A stretch of 20,000 bases of DNA from the IMG/VR virus record IMGVR_UViG_3300017995_000001, one strand, 5' to 3'. The notes below the pieces were generated by a model, which had not been told where the DNA came from, searched no databases, and was given only the letters and a program-made list of their open reading frames with translations. Source of the DNA: an uncultured virus (IMG/VR IMGVR_UViG_3300017995_000001) (taxonomy: Duplodnaviria > Heunggongvirae > Uroviricota > Caudoviricetes). The position numbers and the translations under genes are program-made. This document shows, in pieces, positions 15,056 through 20,000 of the stretch. Each line of letters begins with the position of its first letter. The first letter of the stretch is position 1.

Positions 15056-15723
15056 GTGGGTTCCCGAGGTGGCTCCGTCTTGGCGGGCGATCCCCCCAGA
15101 GCGGCTTCCTGCAGCGCGCGGACGATCGCCTCGGTCGGCACGAACCCGACGCCGTCGACGTGGGTCATCCCCTCCGGCGTCTCGACCGCCTGGGCGGGTA
15201 CCTGCGGCGCGGGCCCTGCGGCAGGCGCGGGCGTGATGACGGCGCCGCACCGAGGGTGGCCGCAGTGCCGGCAGTGCGTGCGCTGCACGCCGTTGTACGT
15301 CGAGCAGCCGCAGCACCCCCAGCCCTCTTCGAGGTGCCTCGTCGCCTCGATGCGGAAGCAGCGCTCCGTCACCGCCGACTCGCGCTGGATCGGCCGGACG
15401 TTGTCCGACTGCGGCGGCGCGTACGGGCCCGGCGGTGCACCCGTCGCGGCGTACGGCTGCGGCGGCCCGAAGGGCGACCCGAACGGGTTCGGCGGCCCGA
15501 ACGGACCGCCCGAACCGCGCACCGGCTGCGGCGGCCTGCCGTGCATGGCCGCCTGCGCTTGGCTGAGCACCATCCCGATGCCGGTCTGGATCCCGCCCAG
15601 CATCATCTGCACGTGCTGCGGCTCCATCCCACCGAGCGCGTCGAGGATCCCGTTGGTCAGCGCTCGCTTGACGAAGCCCTCGATCTCCTCGCTCGCGAAC
15701 TCGACGTTGACGTTGGCCTTCAT
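15052..15723 (-). CDS. Hypothetical protein with a RanBP2-like Zn ribbon, about 223 aa
   Basis: C-terminal part of ORF 15052..17265. ATG 15723 follows GGAGG and overlaps the upstream stop. Motif: WGCCGCSTYNGVQRTHCRHCGHPR. Confidence 0.8.
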   Translation of the reverse strand: MKANVNVEFASEEIEGFVKRALTNGILDALGGMEPQHVQMMLGGIQTGIGMVLSQAQAAMHGRPPQPVRGSGGPFGPPNPFGSPFGPPQPYAATGAPPGPYAPPQSDNVRPIQRESAVTERCFRIEATRHLEEGWGCCGCSTYNGVQRTHCRHCGHPRCGAVITPAPAAGPAPQVPAQAVETPEGMTHVDGVGFVPTEAIVRALQEAALGGSPAKTEPPREPT

Positions 15724-17612
15724 AACTGTCCTCCGGATCCTGGGTACGTGGGCGGCCCCCACGTCCGCCGCGGGTCGGGCTGCGCCTGCGGTTGCGGCGT
15801 GATCGGGGGTGGCATCTGCTCGGGCGGCTGCGGCAGCGCGTGCTGCGCCGGCGGCTGGAACTGTGGTGGGATCTGGTCGACCGGCACGGGCACGTACCCG
15901 GGCGGCGGCACGTAGCCGGGCGTCACCTCGACGTACCCTGGCGGCAGCTGCGGCTTCTCTTGCTTCTTCTCCGCCTGCGCCTTCTGGATCGCCTCGCGCT
16001 GCTCGCCGGCCCACTTGAGCAGGTTCGGCATGTTCGCCCAGAGCGTCTCCCAGCCGCGCGTGTTGCCGCGCTCCCGGTCGAGGGCGAGCTTGTACTCGCC
16101 GACCTCCATGATCCGGACGGGGCTCGGCTCCTCCTCCTTCTCGCGCTCGGCGGGCGCCGCGGGCGCCTCCTGCCCGGGGAAGAGGGACTGGACCTCGCTC
16201 ACCATCTCGGCCGCCGTCTTGAGCACGCTGATCGAATCGCGGAACTGCTCGGCGGCGGTCTTGGGAGGCGGCGGCGGTTGCTGCGGGTAGGGCCCGCCGG
16301 CGTAGCCGGGAGGCGGGGCGTGGCCCGGGTCGTAGGGCGGTCGGTACGGGCCGCGGTACGGACCGGCCATGGCGGGCGCGCCGCTCGGGCCGCCGCCCCC
16401 ACCGCCGGGCCGGCCGCCCGCCACCGCGTGCGTGAGCGCGTCGACCGACACGAACCCGAACCCGGGCACCCACATCATCCCGGGCGGCGGCTGCACCGGC
16501 GGCATGCCCATCATGGCCAGCACGGGGTTCATCGCCGGGTGCATCGGCGCCTGGTTCTGCGGGTGGTGTTCGCCGCGGCGAGCCGGGGCGGCCGGAGCCT
16601 GCGGCTGCATCATCTGCTGCATCTGCTGGAACGTATGGAACCACGCCATCGGGTCGGTCGGCATCGCCGCCGCGGGCGCCGGCTGCGGCTGCGCGGCGGG
16701 CTGCGGGGCCTGCGCCTGCTGCACCGACGCCTGCATCTGCTGGAACATCTGGAAGCAGTCCTGCATCCACTTCATCATCGCCGCCGGGTCGTTCTGCGCG
16801 GGCATCGGCGGCATCGTCGGCTGCGGGGCCTGCGGCTGCTGCGGCGCGCCCGCAGCTTGCTGCGGCTGCTGCTGGCGCAGCATCTCCTGCATCTTCAGGA
16901 ACATCGAGAACATCTGCATCGGGTCCGCCACGCCGGGCGCGGCGACTACGGGCGCCGCCTGCGCCGCCGGGGCGGGAGTCGGCGCGTAGCCGGGCGATCC
17001 GTACGGGTAGGTGGGCTGCATGGGGGCTCCGATGGCAGGTTTCGGCGGGCGCGTGTCCGGCATCGAGATCCGCCCGTTGCAGCGGATCTTCTTGCCGTGC
17101 GTGTCCCAGTACTTGAGCGCGTAGTCGGCCTCCTCGTACTCGCCGTGGATGGACTTGATCGCCTCGTAGAGTTCCGCGCCGGTGCGCGGGTGGGTCGTGA
17201 TCGTGTCCTGCCTGGGGGCTCCGGCGAGCCGGCGCACGTAGACGTTGAGCGTCGAGGCGGGCCACACCTTGATGAGCGTCTCGTACTGCAAGAGAGGGTC
17301 GTCGATGTTGAGCTGCACGTCCTTGGTGCCGCCGCGCTTCTTGTCGACCATCTCCTCGATGCGCCGGTTCTCGATGACGGCCTCGGAGTTGACCGCGCCC
17401 AGCTCGCGCACCTTCTCCTCGCTGGCCACAAGTTCGCCGCCCGCGTCCTCCTCGGCGCCGAACTCCGCGGTGACGTCGGCCTCGTCCTGCTGCGCGGGCG
17501 TGCCGACGTCGCCGGCGCCGCTGCCGCCACCGCTGCCACCTCTCCTCCTCGCCGTCATCCGTGGTCGCCTCACGAGTCGCTGGCCGTTGTGGTGGATGTC
17601 GTCGCCGCTCAC
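15720..17612 (-). CDS. Large Pro/Gln/Met-rich hypothetical protein, 630 aa
   Basis: GC3-biased frame; the GTG start overlaps the upstream stop. A globular region (LNVYVRRL...YALKYWD...NGRI) is followed by long low-complexity segments with Met-rich helices. Confidence 0.8.
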   Translation of the reverse strand: MSGDDIHHNGQRLVRRPRMTARRRGGSGGGSGAGDVGTPAQQDEADVTAEFGAEEDAGGELVASEEKVRELGAVNSEAVIENRRIEEMVDKKRGGTKDVQLNIDDPLLQYETLIKVWPASTLNVYVRRLAGAPRQDTITTHPRTGAELYEAIKSIHGEYEEADYALKYWDTHGKKIRCNGRISMPDTRPPKPAIGAPMQPTYPYGSPGYAPTPAPAAQAAPVVAAPGVADPMQMFSMFLKMQEMLRQQQPQQAAGAPQQPQAPQPTMPPMPAQNDPAAMMKWMQDCFQMFQQMQASVQQAQAPQPAAQPQPAPAAAMPTDPMAWFHTFQQMQQMMQPQAPAAPARRGEHHPQNQAPMHPAMNPVLAMMGMPPVQPPPGMMWVPGFGFVSVDALTHAVAGGRPGGGGGGPSGAPAMAGPYRGPYRPPYDPGHAPPPGYAGGPYPQQPPPPPKTAAEQFRDSISVLKTAAEMVSEVQSLFPGQEAPAAPAEREKEEEPSPVRIMEVGEYKLALDRERGNTRGWETLWANMPNLLKWAGEQREAIQKAQAEKKQEKPQLPPGYVEVTPGYVPPPGYVPVPVDQIPPQFQPPAQHALPQPPEQMPPPITPQPQAQPDPRRTWGPPTYPGSGGQL

Positions 17613-18118
17613 GGCGCGCCGCCGCCGTTCTGCGCGGGGAGGGCCGGCAGCGGCCTGCCCGGCTGCGGCTCGGGGTCGCCCGGGTCCGGGTCGCCCGGCT
17701 CGGGGTCGTCGCCGGCGCCCGGGAAGTTGTCGTCCTCGGCCTGCTCCAGCTCGTCGGCGAAGACGTCGAGCGGCATCGCCTCCTCGGTCAGGCGCACCGA
17801 CTTCATCGGCACGAGGTTGCGCGCGCCCGACTTGCCGTCGTTCGACACCGAGTAGACCTCGACGCCGGTGTCGATGATGAACATCCGGATGACCTTCATG
17901 TCCGGCATGAGCGGGTGCGCCTGGCTGACGATCCAGGTGACCGGCTCGGGGTCCTTGTCCGCGGGCAGCGGGACGGAGATGTTCTGCTTGCAGTGCGGGC
18001 AGCCGACGACCCGCTGCGCGGAGTCGGGGAAGAGCCGGTCGCTGATCATGCGCGTGACCATGATGGGTCCGGACACGGGGAGCTGGACGGTCTGGACGGC
18101 GGGGGCAGCAGTTGTCAT
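17609..18118 (-). CDS. Hypothetical protein with CxxC and an acidic Pro-rich tail, 169 aa
   Basis: ATGA overlap with the HNH gene, motif GCPHCKQ, and a C-terminal GDPxP repeat. Confidence 0.78.
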   Translation of the reverse strand: MTTAAPAVQTVQLPVSGPIMVTRMISDRLFPDSAQRVVGCPHCKQNISVPLPADKDPEPVTWIVSQAHPLMPDMKVIRMFIIDTGVEVYSVSNDGKSGARNLVPMKSVRLTEEAMPLDVFADELEQAEDDNFPGAGDDPEPGDPDPGDPEPQPGRPLPALPAQNGGGAP

Positions 18119-18804
18119 GACGCTCTGGCCTCGATGGGGAAGTTGGTCCTGGCGAACTCGCCGAAGTGTCGGATAGCGGCGACGTCGTAAGCGACGGCGG
18201 CCTCGTGCTCAGTCGCGAAGCGACCGAGAAAGACTAGATGGCCATTGACTCGAATGCGCGCAAGCCACGGCGCAGCGCCAGGAGAAAGATGACGAGATCG
18301 ATCGACGACTCCCTTGTAGCGAGAAGTGAAGGTACGCCCGTCGCTCCCGGCGAACTTGTCTCTGTTCGCACCGTTCTGCGACTTGGTCGCTACGCGCATG
18401 TTGTCGCGTCGACAATCGAGGCCGTCGTTGTTCCTATGGTCGATATGTGTAGAAGATGGGGGCACGTCAAGCACGGCGTGGTGTAGGAGAATGAACCGTT
18501 CCTTACCGCCACTGGCAGCGTGACCGGTGCTCGTCCCATCCGCTCTCCAGTACCACGTACGCTGGTTCAGCGTACCGAACAGATCTTCATCGACGAGCGC
18601 GAACTTCCCTTGTGTCAGTCGCATCCATCTGGCACCAGGAACGGGTGCCGGTTCTACGTACAAGCTCGGATCGTCGAACATTCGTTTTGAACAGTACGAG
18701 TTGCAGTAGGGTCCGGAGCTGCCTCGCTTGATCCTGAAATTCTCGGCGCGCCGTTCCCGTTGAAACGACGCGCCACATCGGACACAAACGAGTTCGAGTT
18801 TCAA
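18115..18804 (-). CDS. HNH-AP2 endonuclease (probable free-standing homing endonuclease), 229 aa
   Basis: Motifs: CVRC...YCNSYC; LTQGKFALVD; HIDHRNNDGLDCRRDNMR (HNH); SRYKGV...WLARI...LGRFATEHEAAVAYDVAAIRHFGEFARTNF (AP2). GC is lower than in the flanks. Confidence 0.92.
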   Translation of the reverse strand: MKLELVCVRCGASFQRERRAENFRIKRGSSGPYCNSYCSKRMFDDPSLYVEPAPVPGARWMRLTQGKFALVDEDLFGTLNQRTWYWRADGTSTGHAASGGKERFILLHHAVLDVPPSSTHIDHRNNDGLDCRRDNMRVATKSQNGANRDKFAGSDGRTFTSRYKGVVDRSRHLSPGAAPWLARIRVNGHLVFLGRFATEHEAAVAYDVAAIRHFGEFARTNFPIEARAS

Positions 18805-19445
18805 ATTAGCCCAGCCTCCGCAAAACTGAAGTACGACCTCTTATTCTGACTCCCCCCAACGATAATATGGTCGATGAAGTTGACGTTGAGGATCTCGAAC
18901 GCCTTGACGAAGGCTTTGGTCGTGTCCTTGTCCGCGTCGCTCGGCTCCGCCTCAATCCCCGAGGGGTGCACGTGCATGATGATCACCGAATGCGCGCCGT
19001 CGATGATCGCCGCCTGCAGCGTCGGCACCATCGGCGCCATGACGGCGGCGTGCTCGCCGCGGCCGGTCTCGGCGACCGACTTCATGCGCAGGTGCAGGTC
19101 GAGCGTGACCAGGCCGAAGACCTCGTACTGCTCGTCGCCGATGGCCTCCTCGATGAGCCGGAACGCCTTCTTCGGCGTATTGAGCGGCCCGATCTCGTCG
19201 GCGAGCGCGTTGCACGCCGCGAACTTCGTCGGGTCCTTCTCGACCTTGAGGAAAGGCCGGCACTTCGACCCGTCGCTCGCGCCGAGCACGACGGGTTCGC
19301 TATCAGCCCCGCGGTGGGCGCGCGCGTTCGACTCGCGCAGGGCGCGCGGCTCGGCGACGAGGACCGCGCGCTCGGCCATCAACCGGGCGGATCCCGGCTC
19401 GGCGCACGCGCAGCCTGAGCGCCTGAGCGTGCGGGCGTAGCTCAC
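18801..19445 (-). CDS. RadC-like JAB/MPN+ domain protein, 214 aa
   Basis: Motifs EQYEVFGLVTLD, VIIMHVHPSG..EPSDAD..T and FIDHIIVG...YFSFAEAGLI match the E-HxHPSG-PSxxD signature and typical C-terminus of the RadC family. Confidence 0.92.
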   Translation of the reverse strand: MSYARTLRRSGCACAEPGSARLMAERAVLVAEPRALRESNARAHRGADSEPVVLGASDGSKCRPFLKVEKDPTKFAACNALADEIGPLNTPKKAFRLIEEAIGDEQYEVFGLVTLDLHLRMKSVAETGRGEHAAVMAPMVPTLQAAIIDGAHSVIIMHVHPSGIEAEPSDADKDTTKAFVKAFEILNVNFIDHIIVGGSQNKRSYFSFAEAGLI

Positions 19446-19774
19446 GCGGCCTCGCGGGCGAGCACTTCGTCGAGAGGCTTGCCGTGGACGTCGACGAAGT
19501 CGCTGAGCTTCGCGTCCTCCGCGATGCAGATCGCCTCGTCGATCGAGAAGGTCACGCGGTGGAAGGCGCCGCCGTGCAGGAAGATGTCGTAGACCTGCCT
19601 GGCCATCCAGAGTTCGCCGACCTTGAAGCCGGCTTTCTCCGCCTCGGGGCTGATGGACTCGAGCAGGTAGAACCGCGTCGTCTTGCTGGTCGCGTTGGGC
19701 GACACGATGGTGCCCGTCATCTTGGTGATCGCGACGCGCGCGATCACCCAGTTCTTGATCGGTCGGAATCTCAC
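19442..19774 (-). CDS. Divergent GroES/Cpn10-like protein, 110 aa
   Basis: MRFRPIKNWVIAR...TGTIVSP...ESISPE...FKVGE parallels the Cpn10 pattern (RPLxDRV...GGIxLP...VAVGPG...VKVGD). RBS AAGGAGG. Confidence 0.55.
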   Translation of the reverse strand: MRFRPIKNWVIARVAITKMTGTIVSPNATSKTTRFYLLESISPEAEKAGFKVGELWMARQVYDIFLHGGAFHRVTFSIDEAICIAEDAKLSDFVDVHGKPLDEVLAREAA

Positions 19775-20000
19775 GATGCCTCCTTCATTCGGTTGGCCAA
19801 TTGGTTGGCACCCTTCATCTTCTCGAAGTCTTCCGGGGACAGTCTCTTCGGCCCGCGGAGCATCTCGAGTTCGGCCCTCTGCGCGTTCAGCTCGGCGACG
19901 ACCTCGCTGAAGTGTTCTCGACTCGGCGCGAAGTACGGCGCGTCGGGCGGGCGGTGGAAGTCCGGCGTCGACTGCTTCGCGGCGCCGAGGATGACCAGCG
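19771..20000 (-). CDS. Hypothetical protein; 5' end lies outside the window
   Basis: Open frame translated by hand: ...LVILGAAKQSTPDFHRPPDAPYFAPSREHFSEVVAELNAQRAELEMLRGPK...NRMKEAS*. Its TGA overlaps the GTG of the next gene. Confidence 0.7.
   Translation of the reverse strand, partial: LVILGAAKQSTPDFHRPPDAPYFAPSREHFSEVVAELNAQRAELEMLRGPKRLSPEDFEKMKGANQLANRMKEAS

Noticed and set aside
17660..17715. Three 15-bp tandem-like repeats
   Set aside because: They are explained by the encoded GDPxP peptide repeat and have no unique spacers, so this is not a CRISPR array.
5259..17855. Many long plus-strand and alternative-frame ORFs (e.g. 5259..7640, 9588..10814, 13103..14743, 15792..17855)
   Set aside because: They are shadows of very high GC3 in the real minus-strand genes: Arg/Gly/Ala-rich translations with no motifs and full overlap with better-supported CDSs.
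18115..18804. Group I intron or intein hosting the HNH-AP2 gene
   Set aside because: Both flanking genes are complete and overlap the HNH ORF by 4 nt, leaving no room for intron structure.
1..20000. tRNA, rRNA, CRISPR array, integrase/att site, terminase, portal, tail genes or packaging ATPase; host assignment
   Set aside because: None is recognisable in this window. High GC alone cannot distinguish hosts such as Myxococcota from Actinomycetota.

Overview
This very GC-rich window reads as part of a virus or provirus genome. About 21 tightly coupled minus-strand genes (many with overlapping stop/start codons such as GTGA or ATGA) are interrupted by one plus-strand HNH-AP2 endonuclease gene. 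In transcription order (right to left) the genes encode: a partial unknown protein, a GroES-like protein, a RadC-like JAB protein, an HNH-AP2 endonuclease, four unknown proteins (one Pro/Gln/Met-rich, one with a Zn ribbon), a tail-anchored LysM protein and a transglutaminase-like Cys-His-Asp enzyme. After a non-coding gap come a protamine-like Arg-rich membrane protein, three beta-rich candidate capsid proteins, two more tail-anchored peptidoglycan-binding-like proteins, small beta-rich proteins and a DUF1360-like membrane protein. The window ends in a glycosylation cassette: a GT2-TPR-propeller fusion, a SAM methyltransferase and a UDP-GlcNAc 4,6-dehydratase. No terminase, portal, tail or packaging ATPase gene is recognisable. 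My best inference is the morphogenesis module of a non-tailed, internal-membrane virus with protamine-like core proteins, proteolytic maturation at recurring motifs and its own glycosylation. All family calls come from motif recognition by eye; no database search was run.
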